A DNA stretch of 45,868 nt from positions 1 to 45,868 of the forward strand of contig NW_021834682.1 of the NCBI RefSeq assembly GCF_006345805.1, written 5' to 3'. The translations under genes were made by a program, and so were the position numbers. Shown here piece after piece: positions 1 to 12,669 of the stretch. The stretch comes from Octopus sinensis. Taxonomy: Eukaryota. Each line of letters opens with the position of its first letter. Position 1 is the stretch's first letter. The notes below the pieces were generated by a model. It was not told the DNA's origin, made no database searches, and saw nothing but the letters and a program-made list of their open reading frames with translations.

Positions 1-181
1 TTGCGGTTTAAGCCTTGGCTGCTATTTCTAGTAGGTTGAACAGCCTATATGGCTGTTCCTATATTTTGATGTTGAATGTATTAATAGTCTCTGACTATCT
101 ATTTTTCCTACTAGACCGCTGGTGGCAAATAATTTCTGCTGAATTTTTTTTGCTACCCTATATTGAATAAAAAAAAAAAAA

Positions 182-210
<29 letters not shown>

Positions 211-212
<2 letters not shown>

Positions 213-370
213 CGACGGGATTCTTTCACTTTTCGCCTACCATATCTACTCACAAGGCTTTGGTCGGCCCGAGGCTACAGTAGAAGACACAATAGCCCAA
301 GGTGCCACGCAGTGGGACTGAACCCGGAACCATGTGGCTGGTAAACAAGCTACTTACCACACAGCCACTC
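211..370 (-). mobile_element. tRNA-derived SINE (5' part)
   Basis: Reverse complement begins GAGTGGCTGTGTGGTAAG (A-box like)...GGTTCAGTCCC (B-box like); body homologous to 33500-33800 and 44490-44845. Confidence 0.8.
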
Positions 371-402
371 TCCCAGGTAACGCCGTGTGCCTTTCCAAGT
401 AT

Positions 403-431
<29 letters not shown>

Positions 432-433
<2 letters not shown>

Positions 434-1400
434 GGACCAAAAGAGCTTGATTCAAATTCGTTGGTACTCTTGAATTCTAAGCACGTTACTAGTCAGCCAT
501 TTTGAATTTGAATGGCAAGTCGATCGCTATTACCGTGAGATGGGCTGCAATTGGTCTCGTGATTTGATATTGGTTAATGTGTAACAGTTAGCTGGAAAAT
601 ACGACTTGGCGAACAGGAAATTGACCATGTGGAGGGCAGGAAATATACAAGAAGTCGGTCACGTTGTTGGCCGGGAGGAGGAAGTGGTGTCATGCACAAG
701 TCTATAGCTCTCCATGTGGGTGTGTAGATGCGCTCATGTAGATGCGTCATATATAGACGTAAAACAAGCGTCGGAGATTGGAAAGCACTGGGAATTGATA
801 AGCATTGGGGTTGGAATGTGGTGAGAGTTGGCAAAGGTTGGGAATTTGTAAATGGCTGCCCTGCTCATAGGGTTGATTGGTAATGGTGACCTTGATACAG
901 GCGATACAAGGTAGCAGTTGTTGGTAAAGTGGTATATCCAGGTTGTCGGCTGTCAGAGGGCTGAAATTTACCAGAAATGAATATCTCTCCTGAGAACGAT
1001 ACGATGAATCGTATTTCTTTCTTTATAGATACTGAGGGTTCCTGGAGGATATGCAGGTTTTTACCGAGGCAGAGCTGGCTAATGGGGCGCCGGGTGAATA
1101 TGGTGGGGCTACATCGACAGTAGTCACCTTAATGCTGGGTATTTCATCTCGGAGATCACGGAGTCTCCAGAGAAAAACAGACAGAGAAGTAGAGTTCCCA
1201 CTGTCCCTGGATCTGAACGAGTGCATATACAGGGAGTATGTTCCCTTGGAGTCAGTAGCTGTCATACCCGTATAGTACCTAGTAGGGCCATCGGATGTAG
1301 TATGAGTGGCTCTGTATACTACGGCGCTTGAGACAGAAGATCCTTCTGAAGGGCACGTGGTAGGGTTTAGGAAGTAGCAGGTTGGGGATGGGGCAGGTGA
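432..1400 (-). mobile_element. Penelope-like element 3' fragment (decayed GIY-YIG endonuclease plus pseudo-LTR)
   Basis: Minus frame CPSEGSSVSSAVVYRAT...YYTGMTATDSKGTYSLYMHSFR...NSTSLSVFLWRLR...APPY resembles the PLE CPLxGxCL/VVYxA/YxGxT/HxxSF/STxLSxxxW pattern; 432-675 is an inverted homolog of 1640-1902. Confidence 0.75.
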
Positions 1401-1639
1401 GGGTGCATTTTTACGTCTGAGGATGCGTGCGTTTTGATGTGTGTGTACATATGCGTGTGTATGTGCATACGTGTTCGTTTAAGCAAGCACGTGTATGTGT
1501 GTGCAAATGTGCGCGTGTGCGCCTATGTACAAATGTGCTCTCACGCATCAATATACCCATGTACACAAAACTTTATGAACGCTTCTAAACACCCACTTAT
1601 AGAACTATATACTTGCACATGCCGCCACTTCTTACTAAC

Positions 1640-1902
1640 CGCCAACAACCTGACTGACTTCTAGTCTATTTCGTGCCCTCCACGTGGTCAATTTCCTGTT
1701 CACCTTCCGGTATTTTCCAACTAACTGTTACCCGTATACCAACATCAAAACACGACAGCGCGTGACCTTCCTCGACCAATCGCAGTCCACCCTACACTAA
1801 TAATAATCAACTTTTGTCATATAAATTCAAAATTGCTGACGACTAACATCGTGCTTGAAACTCTAGAGTACCAGTAATTTGAATCAAACTATTTTGATCC
1901 AT
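1640..1902 (+). mobile_element. Inverted PLE pseudo-LTR
   Basis: Diverged reverse complement of 432-675 (e.g. gccctccacgtggtcaatttcctgttc vs gaacaggaaattgaccatgtggagggc); contains a hammerhead core. Confidence 0.75.
1833..1873 (+). ncRNA. Minimal type-I hammerhead ribozyme motif
   Basis: TTG-CTGACGA-(14 nt)-GAAA-CTCTAGAG-TA-CCA; stem III is the perfect palindrome ACTCTAGAGT. Stem I is TGG/CCA in the inverted sister copy and has one mismatch here; stem II is weak. Confidence 0.6.
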
Positions 1903-1983
1903 ACTTGTAACTCCCAATAAATTGGTTGAATGCCTTTTATTTCTCTGTCCACTTATTCGTATATGTTTATATATATATTATAT

Positions 1984-2039
<56 letters not shown>

Positions 2040-2099
2040 AGTGTGTGTGTGTGTGTGTGTGCGTGTGTGTGTACGGGTTTGTATGATTGTGTAAAGAGG

Positions 2100-3150
2100 A
2101 ATATATTAATTAAATTCCAAACTAGTCTGATTTTAATGTTTTACCATATAAAAGATTTAGAATTTCACAATATTATAATAACAGAATATATATTTGTTGT
2201 GATAGAACTTGTACTTTCATGCGTTACGCAATCATCAGGTTTATGCAGTAGTTGTGACTGTCGTGTTCCACGATTGACAAGTCTAGTGAAATGATTCACT
2301 TGTCCTTTAAATAACTTCCGGTTGGCTCCAGCAGACTGAATCTTACGAACTGTGTTTCGACCAATCAGTAACTAGCTAACATATCATGGTTTAGTGAGTG
2401 CGCCAACTAAGTATTAGCAGTATTTAGATCAATCAGTATGTGGCTTAGATGTCATGGGTTAGTAGTTGTGCCAACTTGGTTAGCAGTTATCACGCTTTAT
2501 TCATCGAAATAGTTTAGGTTATTGGTGAGCGCCGTGGTCGTCTCGGTTTGGTGGGCACGTCAAGGGTTCCTTATTTTGACCGCAACTAAAGAAATAATTG
2601 TTTGGCTGTATTGAAGAATGTTGTCAATAACATCCCTCTTTTCATTGAATTCTCTTGCTACGATTCCTACAATTTTCCAGAAATTTTAGATTTCAATCAA
2701 ATCAATGTTAATATGCGTAACACTACCAACACCATTACCATCTATTGTCCATTTAAAACGGGTTTGAATTTATCAGTAAAATTACTTACTCTTGACATCA
2801 CTTGAGTCGTGTAGTTTGTAGAATGGAACATTATACACATTTTCTAACCACATGTTGCTAGAATGTTGCTTAAAGTGGTCTGATGGTCATCAGGGTCTCT
2901 GATTTGTTGTTGGTACTTATGTTTGCGTTCCGATAATTCATTCCAGTCTGACCAACGTATTTCTCTTCACAATTCGGGCATCTGATGCAATAAATTAAAT
3001 ATCTGCTTTTGCAGTTCCTATTTGCATTGGTAAATATTCTTCGATTACCATTGCATTTGGATACAACGAATGAATCATCATTGTCGTTTAGCTCAAACTT
3101 TGCCTTTGTTAACAAGTGTGTCAAGCTTTCGTCTGTCTTTTACTTAGAAT
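2100..3150 (-). mobile_element. Penelope-like element 3' fragment (GIY-YIG endonuclease plus 3' region)
   Basis: CKSRYLIYCIRCPNCEEKYVGQTG on the minus strand, continuing to ...FTDKFKPVLNGQ* near 2745; ~70-bp internal duplication at 2359-2488; hammerhead relic at 2206-2241. Confidence 0.85.
2206..2241 (-). ncRNA. Degenerate minimal hammerhead ribozyme motif
   Basis: AAC-CTGATGA-ttgcgtaacgcat-GAAA-GTAC-AA-GTT; stem I AAC/GTT, stem II TGCG/CGCA. One substitution (U16.1->A) away from the palindromic stem III AGTACT. Confidence 0.55.
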
Positions 3151-3189
3151 CAAAGCTAGATCTGTGATTATATCCTTTAATTCATTACT

Positions 3190-3450
3190 TTGAGCAAGTT
3201 TGCTAGTTTACTGCATCAAATGCCCGAATTGTGAAGGAATAAACGTCGGTCAGACTGGGAATGCATTATCGGAACGTTCACATGTGCACCGACAGCAAAT
3301 AAGGGATCCTGTAAGCAACCTTCTGGCTGCATGTAGTCAGAAAATGTTTATAATATTCCTATTCTACAAATTACACATCTCAAGCGAAGTCGAGAGAAAA
3401 GGCAGAGAAAAGAATTTCATTGACAAATTCAAACCCGTTTTAAATGGACA
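3190..3450 (+). mobile_element. Second, oppositely oriented PLE GIY-YIG fragment
   Basis: LVYCIKCPNCEGINVGQTGNALSERSHVHRQQIRD...FYKL...EKNFIDKFKPVLN; homologous to 2745-3000 on the other strand. Confidence 0.85.
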
Positions 3451-3465
3451 ACAACAACAACAACA

Positions 3466-3514
<49 letters not shown>

Positions 3515-3568
3515 CATCAACAACAACAACAACAATAATAATAATAGTTACGGTGATGATAATAATAA
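3448..3568. repeat. (AAC)n/(AAT)n trinucleotide microsatellite
   Basis: Directly visible; source of the poly-N/poly-I pseudo-ORFs. Confidence 0.95.
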
Positions 3569-3569
3569 T

Positions 3570-4150
3570 GGTTTCAAATTTTGGCACAAGGGCAACTATT
3601 TTGGGGGAAGGGATGAGTCTATTACATTGACCCCAGCGTTTCAAGTGTAATTAATTTATCGACCTCGAAAAGATGAAAGGCAATGTCCCCCTCAGCGGAA
3701 TTTAAATTTAGAACTTAGTAACAGGCTAAATACCTATTTCTTTACTACCCACAAGGGGCTAAACACAGAGAGGACAAACAAGGACAGACAAACGGATTAA
3801 GTCGATTATATCGACACCAATGCGTAACTGGTACTTGTTTAATCGACTCTGAAAAGATGAAAGGCAAAGTCGACCTCGGCGGAATTTGGACTGAGAAAGT
3901 AGCGACAGGCGAAATACCTATTTCTTTACTACCCACAAGGGGCTAAACACAGAAGGGACAAACAAGGACAGACATAGGTATTAAGTCGATTACATCGACC
4001 CCAGTGTGTAACTGGTACTTAATTTATCGACCCCAAAAGGATGAAAGGCAAAGTCGACCTCGGGGGAATTTGAACTCAGAACGTAGCGGCAGACGAAATA
4101 CCGCTAGCATTTGGTTCAGCGTGCTAACGATTCTGCCAGCTCACCCCCTG
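3570..4150 (-). mobile_element. Head-to-tail array of three tRNA-derived SINE units
   Basis: Repeated gtcgattacatcgacccc...gatgaaaggcaaagtcgacctcggcggaatttgaactcagaacgt; the reverse complement has B-box GAGTTCAAATTCC; period ~185 bp. Confidence 0.85.
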
Positions 4151-4749
4151 AATGATGATAATATTAATAATAATAGTGGTAAGTACTGCTGTTATTACTA
4201 CTACAACTACCGTGACTACCATTAACAACAATAATAAACGTGACTGTAATATATGCTTCATTCCAAATCTGTATTTTCTTTATCACTTTGCTGGTTTGTC
4301 CCTCTCTCTAATGCAGTGCCGCTGCGATTTTAACTGTGATGTTTTATTCCACATATTTTATTTTTGTGCTCTATTCTTTGCATCTAATATTCCATCATCT
4401 GCTATTCTTGAATTCTTCCCTTTGTATTTTTTTCAACATCTCTTCCCATTTCTTTTTCCCTTTTCTTTATTTTTCCTTTTCGTTATTTTTCCATTTCTTT
4501 ATTTTCCCTTTTCCCTTTTCTCTTCTTCTTTTTTCTATTTCTATTTATTCTATTTTTCTTTTACTGTTTCTTTTTCTTTCTTTCACACCCTTTTCGCTTT
4601 CACTTCTTTCTCATTTTCCTTTTCTTTCTGTCCAGTTTCTCTTCTCCCGTTATCAATTCTTTCCTCATTATCACACCCCGTGATTAAAAAAATATATATA
4701 AATGCGAAAACCTCATTAATCTTCCTTTCGTAGCTTCTCTGAATATCCT

Positions 4750-6500
4750 GTGCACCTACGTATAAAGCCTCCCTACCATTTGTAGCCGGTAGAGCACTCG
4801 ACATGTTCGGAAACTATTTGGCCAAAATGATGGAGTACATGCAATTGTGCAATGATTGAAAATGTCCAGAATCACTTCTGTTCAATAATATTGAAAGCAC
4901 ATCCAATGAAGAAACCAGCCACAGTACTTATTACAAGATTAACGACGAGGGTCAAGGTTTAGTATCACAACTGGGCATAACAGGCTGAGCTGAATGTCTG
5001 AAACGACATTAACATTAACGTCTGCTAAAAGACCTCAAAGACAACTTCATCAGTAGCCTGAAGTGTAGATTCATTGAACGTATGAATTGTGAATTGGGAT
5101 AGATCAGCAAAAGGAACCTCGACAGTATCAATGCCAAAATCAGAACGTCCGCTGAACATAATGGAACTGTAGCCACATCATTCAGTTGTTCAATAACAAA
5201 GAGGATAAACACAGTCATGAGTTTATGCAGCTTGTACAGTTTTACTCATCCATATCCCGAAAGCTTCTGCTCCGAGCGTTTGAATTCGATAAAATGTTTA
5301 CTTCAATCTCGGAAATAGACATCAATGTTATTCTTAAAGCCGCGAATCACAGTTATTACACGATAACTCATTTGAGTGAAGAAGCAAGGAGACGAGATTT
5401 TGGACACCCCATGGACAGCTTTGATTGCGCTGAATGTGCAGATCTTGTTAAACTGTCGTCGCTGAGAATGCTTAGGGATGAATTATCAAGCGTTCACCTC
5501 GGACTCTATCGTATATAGACAATCTTTGATACAGTAACACAAAAATCATTAATAAGTATTTTCAATAATTTCGAACTCAAGATAACAGTCATGACTAATC
5601 TGATGATGTTGATCTTACTAGATCTGACTTTAGATCTAAGCAATGTCTTAAACCGAGCATATAAAAAGCCAAGTAAAGATGACATCTATATCAACAAAGG
5701 TTCCAGTCACCTGCCTAAAACTCAGCATATAGATGACAATACCAGAAGATATATTTCCAATATTCTAATAGGAAAATATTCAACAGAGCCGCCCCATATT
5801 ACCACAACTTCCATTAAACACTGTGGCTCCACCGACAAAATAAAATACTATCCCCAACAAGAATATGAAGCACAAAGACAAAAATGTAACCCTATCTACA
5901 TCATCAACATGTCAAGCAATCTTGCCAGACGTTTTCTCTTTCTCAGTAAGCAAAGACACCACAAATATTCAATAAGAGCATAGTGTACGCTAGCTGCAGC
6001 TGCCTTGGTAATAGAGAATCACACATACTAAACTACGATATGAGAACTACTCCTACAAACAATTAAAAGCCGATTCCATAAGGTTGTAATTGTTGAAAAT
6101 GGTCGCAATTACCACTCTATTATAAGGGTTTCTATATCGGTTTCTAAGTATATCTGGTAACTAAGTGATAATGATTACCACTAAGGAGCATTCTAGCTAA
6201 TGCAAGTTCCGATAATGGAATGAATACAAGATGAAATATGTACGTAAGGAAAAAGCGGAATATCGTGTTTGCAATTAATATCCTAAAATCAAGAGAGGAG
6301 ATACGTTCACTCTACCTACAAGCGGAGACTTTCAGTCTACAATTATTTAAACATATCCCTCCCCTATACGAATTCCATCTACGTACATGTATAGCAATAT
6401 CTGCTATAAATCTCTATTTTTACTATGTCTGCTGGTTACCTGTATCGTCAGATAAGTTCAATACCTTTATTGGCATTACTCTCACCCTTATAAAATTTCA
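4750..6500 (+). mobile_element. Decayed Penelope-like element (RT region to 3' end)
   Basis: DFGHPMDSFDCAECADLV...LGLYR (cf. PLE MGSFDGAExCxLVG, GLYRDD) and LLDLTLDLS...YKKPS...YINKGSSHLP (cf. FLDxTLDL, SNHPP); many frameshifts; eroded hammerhead-like CTAAGGA...GAAA at ~6181-6250. Confidence 0.8.
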
Positions 6501-6659
6501 ATCCCTTTGTTTGTTCTGCTCATCTTCCTCACTTATTTTTCTTTTACTTATTTGACTTATATTTCACTCACATTTCCTATCATATTTAGCTTTTTTAGTC
6601 TTTAAATCCGTTTCGTTTTTCTACTTTCCCCTGTTTTTCTTGTTCTTTTTCATGCGGTT

Positions 6660-7420
6660 TGTTTTAAGGCTTATTGCTGGGCTATGGGCATCCAGCTCTG
6701 ACAGCATAATCTATATGGTCAGTGGCTTCGGCGGTAAGTGCAATGTCATCTTCAAATGAAAGGTGTATTAATAATAGCCGTTGATTTTCATGCCACCTAT
6801 CCAGTCAATGTCTCTGATGAGTATTTATAGACATTCGGTGTTGAGCTTAGGAGAGATGGTATCGCCTTGTTTGTGACTCTTTTAATTCGGAAATTTTATT
6901 ATTAGCATAGCAGCGCTATATCAGTGTTGTATCCAGAGCTTACATCCCTTTGGAGTTTGGTGTATTGCGACACCTTGTATTTCCTGAGATTTCAGCACTG
7001 CCTTCAACACGATGTTACGGAAGGTCTCTCGTTGTCGACAAATGTGACTCACAGTCGCAGTTTGTATTGTTTCGCTCTGTTAGAAGTGAATTTGTGATCC
7101 ATCGTAGTGTAGTATTTGCGGAAAATTTACTTGGAGTTGCGGGTGATGGCCACCAAGATATATCGATAGTCTGGTGTATATAACCTTTGTAACAGCTTGC
7201 AGAGCGGGTGAAATTGTGTTAGGTGTTCTTTATCCCACTTCTCATGAATCCAGATGATATTCAACACTTTCTTCGGTGAGAGTATTTTATCTTCCTTCAG
7301 AAAGCGATTGAAGCGTACTTCCACAGATCTTCGCTACACCTTAGCATCTCTGTTGCTATTCCACACTTTCTGGAGCTATTTTTCCTTTCATCAGCTTGCG
7401 ACCATTTTCAGTTTCACTGA
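6660..7420 (-). mobile_element. RTE-clade LINE reverse transcriptase fragment
   Basis: Minus strand KQGDTISPKL...IDWIGGMKING...SFEDDIAL remnants with stops and frameshifts. Confidence 0.7.
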
Positions 7421-7803
7421 CCAGAATATATACATTGCGAAGTTTATTATAACAGATATATGCACACACACACAAACACATACGCGCGCGCACACACACT
7501 TAGACGTATTTATACCTACATATAGAGACAGAAAAAGAGACATATAAAATGAGAAAGAGAGTGAGAGAGGGAGAGAAAGAGAGGATAGGTAGAAAACTTC
7601 CTCTGACAAGAGAATATATTGGATATTTGCAACACAGCAAAAGCCACTGAAGTCATTCAAATACTACGTGGCGGTAGTTTATGTCTGATGATGTATATTC
7701 ACATTCAGCTACATTTATCCACGCCCAAGGTAATGTAAACTCATGTGTTCCTATATGTGTATGTGTGAGTTTGTGTATGAATATGAGTAGTGTTTATAGT
7801 TAT

Positions 7804-8829
7804 TGTTACGGAGGTAAAATTAACGGGAAAACATTATGCCCTAGTTCCGTTGGTTGGAGTTGAACCGGCGCTCCAGTTGTTCAGGACTACGGGAAAAAAA
7901 ATAAAAAATTTAAAAAATAATCTTTTGTCCTGTCAACGGCAACGGTAAAAAAAATAATGAGTTTAGAAAGCGATCTCTGATCCCAACGGTCAGGGAAAGT
8001 TGAAAAAGAAATAATAATTCCACCCTTTTAAATGCGACGGACTGGTGTTAGCGCGGCAGACAGCGAGAGGCCGGAAAAAGGTTCAGTTGGCAAGAGGCGG
8101 CCAGTTGATGCAGCCAGCCAGCCAGGAGATAATAGTGGCAAGAGGCGAGGAAGACAGGCAGTGAATGTGATAGCGGCGAGCGGGAGGAAGTAAAGATGAC
8201 AGTGAAGGGACAGGTACGAGAGACGGTTAGCAGGAACTGAAAATTTGTAGTAGGCTCAGAAAGTGTTGCAGACGGAATTTGGGTCGGTATTGTTTATTTA
8301 CGTTTTGATTTGTGTTTTGAACTTTGATGTTTTGATTGTAAAAATATGGGGACTCTGTGACATAATCTGTTGAAAAGAAAATTAAGAAAAAAAGACTGTA
8401 AAAAGAAGAAAAGAGAAAGAGACTCTAAACTGTAAAAAAAAGAAAAGAGAAAGACTATTTGTTTCGATTGTTTTCCAAATTCTGTAATTGTTTTGGTTAA
8501 TCGAACAGTTGTATTACGTTTAAATGCCATTGATTGTTTTGATTTTTTAAACTCTGTGCACGATCTGTTAAATGACTGTTAACCTCGTAGTTAAATGCTT
8601 CTGTTTGAAATGTTTTGATTGATTTAGTGAAGTTATATAAATTGTTAAATGTAAGCAACTGCCTCCGCTGTCTCTCTCCTTTTGTTGTTGTTGTCTTCGG
8701 TTTTTTGTTTTCTGTGGTGGACTTCCGTTTGACTGAGCGTAGTCGTCGTCGCCGACTTAGGGCCCGTTATCGACTCGGAAGGCCTAGCGTCATAGGGTCC
8801 TGAGTTGAGTAGAGCGGCACGTCGTATCA
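7804..8829. mobile_element. Probable solo LTR (~1.03 kb)
   Basis: Begins TGTTACG and ends CGTATCA (imperfect inverted termini, TG...CA); flanks TTAT/ATAT resemble a 4-bp TSD with one mismatch; CpG-richer than surroundings; no coding remnant recognised. Confidence 0.5.
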
Positions 8830-9682
8830 ATATTTTAAATTTCAGTTAAACAAACACGAATGTTTAAAAAATTATTAAGACACTATACTTTAATACATTT
8901 TCGACATGATGGGAATATAATAGTTAACATTATTGAAAGAGATGAATCTGTTATTAATGTTATGCTAATGTTAGTAACAGAAGAGACAGTATAAGCTGAA
9001 AGTAATGATTTGTAAGCTAAAGATGCGAGCAATATTCCACTGTGGGTCTTAGTTGAGTACTATAGGGTGTTAACAATTCGTCAGAGTTAACTAAATTCCT
9101 GGCTCTAAAGGGGAAACCAAATCTATACGAAAAGGTTTAGACGTGTTTCTTCAGTTTCAACAGCGATTCTTGGACCCCGTATTTGTAACAACGTTCAAGG
9201 TTTTAGGTTTGTGTTGTTGGTGTTTAGAAAGTACGTAGTACAGGGTTGCATTCGTGGTATGCATAGTGAATTAGTTTTATGCCATTGAAAGTAACAAGGT
9301 TGATTGACTCTATGTAAAGATTCTCTCGAACTCTCTATCAAGTTACTCAATGTATGTTCGGCTTGTGTTAAGCTAATTCCATTCTTTTTTATTGTATATT
9401 GATAATATTTTAATTAAGGCTAATTATATATGATTATTTGATTTCACCATTGGGAACAAACTCAGTCACTTTTAGTTTTTACCATATATCCTTCAAAGTC
9501 CGTACAGTAGAAGATTCTATTTTCGTGCTATTCTCCGTCAAGGATTAATCTAATTGACAAGCTTAATAAGGGCATTTGTATTAGACGGTCGATTAGTATA
9601 ATGGTATTATGACTTTTTTGACTCCATTAGACCTGGCTGCTCTAAATAACGCCTTTTGATTCCCTCTCCCTCTTTATTTAAA

Positions 9683-9765
9683 TATATATACACGAACAGA
9701 TATAGACACGTACATGCATACATACATACATGCATATATATACATATATATACATACATATATAT

Positions 9766-9829
<64 letters not shown>

Positions 9830-9990
9830 TATATACATATATATATATACATATATATATACATATATATATATATACATACATATATATTCATACATAC
9901 ATACATATATATACGTACATATTACATATATATACATATATAAATACATACGTGCATCCACACACACACATATATATATGTGTGTGTGTG
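9683..9990. repeat. Compound (TA)n/(TACA)n microsatellite
   Basis: Directly visible. Confidence 0.95.
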
Positions 9991-10599
9991 GTGAACAATC
10001 TCAACTAAAGCAGTATGAATGTAAAAATATGAACTCTGAGTACATGCATTCGTATATATAAATAAATAAATATATATATATATATGTATACAGTATATCT
10101 ATAACTATAAAAGATATATATTTGTAAAAGAGTGTGTGTGTGTGTTTTCCTTATGCATTTGAAAACGGCGTTGCCGAGTTTGAGGTATGTGGTATCAAAA
10201 GATTCAGTAATCCTTTGGCTACCAAATAAGCTTTATTTTCATTTACATATTTTCTACATTATCTCAGTAACCAGCTATAGTTTTACACTTTCAATTTGAA
10301 CCAAAATTACTAAGTCAATAATAAATGTTTCTCTGAATTTGTCACATCTGTACTATAATAAAGAACGCTGCTTGTCATCTATATGTATATAAGGGCTACC
10401 AAATAAACTATATTTTTGGATCAACAACTCTTTTTTACTACTAAAACAACCTCGGAAACGTGCAAAAAGGTGTATGCATATGTATTTATATACGTGTATA
10501 TGAAAGATAATGCCTGTGTGTAGAGAGAGTGAGTGCCACTTACGCATACATGCAAAAAATATATAGATATCAACACACAACTTCACTCTCTCTCTCTCT

Positions 10600-11223
<624 letters not shown>

Positions 11224-12080
11224 TATGTAAAATTTCTGTACGAATTATATTATTTGTTGCTGGGAGCACACGCAAAATTACAGCTCAAATTCAATTGCAA
11301 TGACCTTATTTGTATTCTGTAATTTGCTTGTTTTGAGCGTATTTAAAAAAAAACCTATCTTCGATATTAAAGGAAGTTTACTCAGAAATCCTCTCCTTTA
11401 CCTGTTCTTACTAGCAGTCCAAGGTGATATTTGCACCACCCCCCTACTCCTTATTTTTTTTTCGAAATTTCTTTCGATTCCTATGTTTTCGATGTAGGAG
11501 ATTAAGATTTGTGCCTAGCATGTCGGGTTTTCTGGTAGTGATCTGATATTTTTTATATCTGCTATATCAGTATAATTCTACGCATGCGTGAAACATCACA
11601 TGAAAGTGAAACATTGGGAGAGTTTAGCTTTTTGAGGTGGGGGTAGGGGAATTCAGTGTTTCTTTAAGAAAATTTAACTTTAAAAAATAATATATATTTC
11701 CCAGATTCGTGATCTCAATGTTTTTCTACGAGGATAAAAAAAAAATGAAAAAAGTTACAAATTAAGAAATTGCGGTGGGGACCAGGCAGGGGAGACGATA
11801 TTTTGAAAACGTTATCTCTGGCTAAAATCGTATTAAGCCCCTTTATATGATGGAACAATACATAGTTTGTGATTCTTCTTAAGAACAGAAAGCACTCTCC
11901 TGCACCCCATGCAAATTGTATCCTCCTCACTTCACTTTTAAACAATCTTTAACTTCATTACGCCATTCATCCACTTCACTATATATCAGATGTGCCGATT
12001 CTGCCCATAAGGAAGAAACAAATAATACGATGTGACTGTAGGCCATAACACCCAGGCAATGTCGAGGTGCATTGTTAGTA

Positions 12081-12188
12081 TACGATTATTTCCCATTCGA
12101 TTACATATTATCTGTTGGGATATCGTGTATGGTTTATCAAACATCACTTGCCTATATGGAACTGTTTCCCAGTCAGTACTTGCACATG
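12081..12188 (-). pseudogene. Truncated, diverged duplicate of the 3' part of FTP exon D (pseudo-exon)
   Basis: Colinear with 14511-14618; reads CASTDWETVPYRQVMFDKPYTISQQIICNRMGNN (W->R, R->I, Y->C). The 5' part and acceptor are replaced by GT/TA microsatellite; donor reads gtatac. Confidence 0.85.
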
Positions 12189-12233
12189 CACGCGCCCGCA
12201 CAGACACAGACACACATATAAAAAGTATACATA

Positions 12234-12272
<39 letters not shown>

Positions 12273-12302
12273 ATTACACTTTTATATACAAATGTACATA
12301 TA

Positions 12303-12667
12303 ATTACCTCCGCCAAGGAAGGAGGTTATATTTTCATTGGCGTTCATTTGTCCGTCTGTCCGTCTGTGTGCAAAATAACTCAGAAAGTTTTGAACAGTAT
12401 TTGATGAAACTTGCAGGAAAAGATGGTAATGAGAAGGAAAAGATTGTAATGACACAAAGATGGTAATGATGATTAAACTTTGGTAGTGATCCGGCATTTT
12501 TTATGGATTCTTGAAGGATTTTTCATTTGTTATATTTACTTTATATGAAGTATTGCAATGTTACGTTATTTGATTATCTCCAAACTTTCCAAAGTTTATT
12601 TTCTTTCTCTATTAGTTATTTTACTGGCGCATCTATCTTAAAATGAGCTGCTTGGCGGAGGTCTGCG
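12303..12667 (+). mobile_element. Non-autonomous Helentron/HINE-like element
   Basis: Sub-terminal inverted repeats CCTCCGCCAAG (12307-12317) and CTTGGCGGAGG (12651-12661); GTCC/GTCT micro-repeats near the 5' end; a related 3' terminus at 13824-13862. Confidence 0.6.
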
Positions 12668-12669
12668 GA

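Noticed and set aside
3570-4150. Regularly spaced repeats suggesting a CRISPR array or tRNA cluster
   Set aside because: Units are ~185-bp SINE copies without unique spacers, no cas genes, no full cloverleaf; eukaryotic context.
4152-4733. 193-aa Phe/Ser/Leu-rich ORF resembling a membrane protein
   Set aside because: Pyrimidine-rich low-complexity tract lacking stops by composition; no domain signal or splice support.
7645-7750. Possible next exon (C-half of the FTP domain) on the minus strand
   Set aside because: The phase-1 frame stops after ~32 codons, the acceptor is weak and there is no GRYV/LCEVEV-like motif. A candidate at 14051-14179 also stops immediately.
9130-9170. Minus-strand CTGTTGA...GAAACACGTC hammerhead-like string
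   Set aside because: Core A6 is mutated and neither stem I nor stem II pairs; cannot be distinguished from chance.
9607-10061. Overlapping 68-115 aa ORFs rich in Y/I/H/T/M/C
   Set aside because: Translations of (TA)n/(TACA)n microsatellite; the same applies to ORFs at 1926, 37018-37497, 41727-41985 and 42293.
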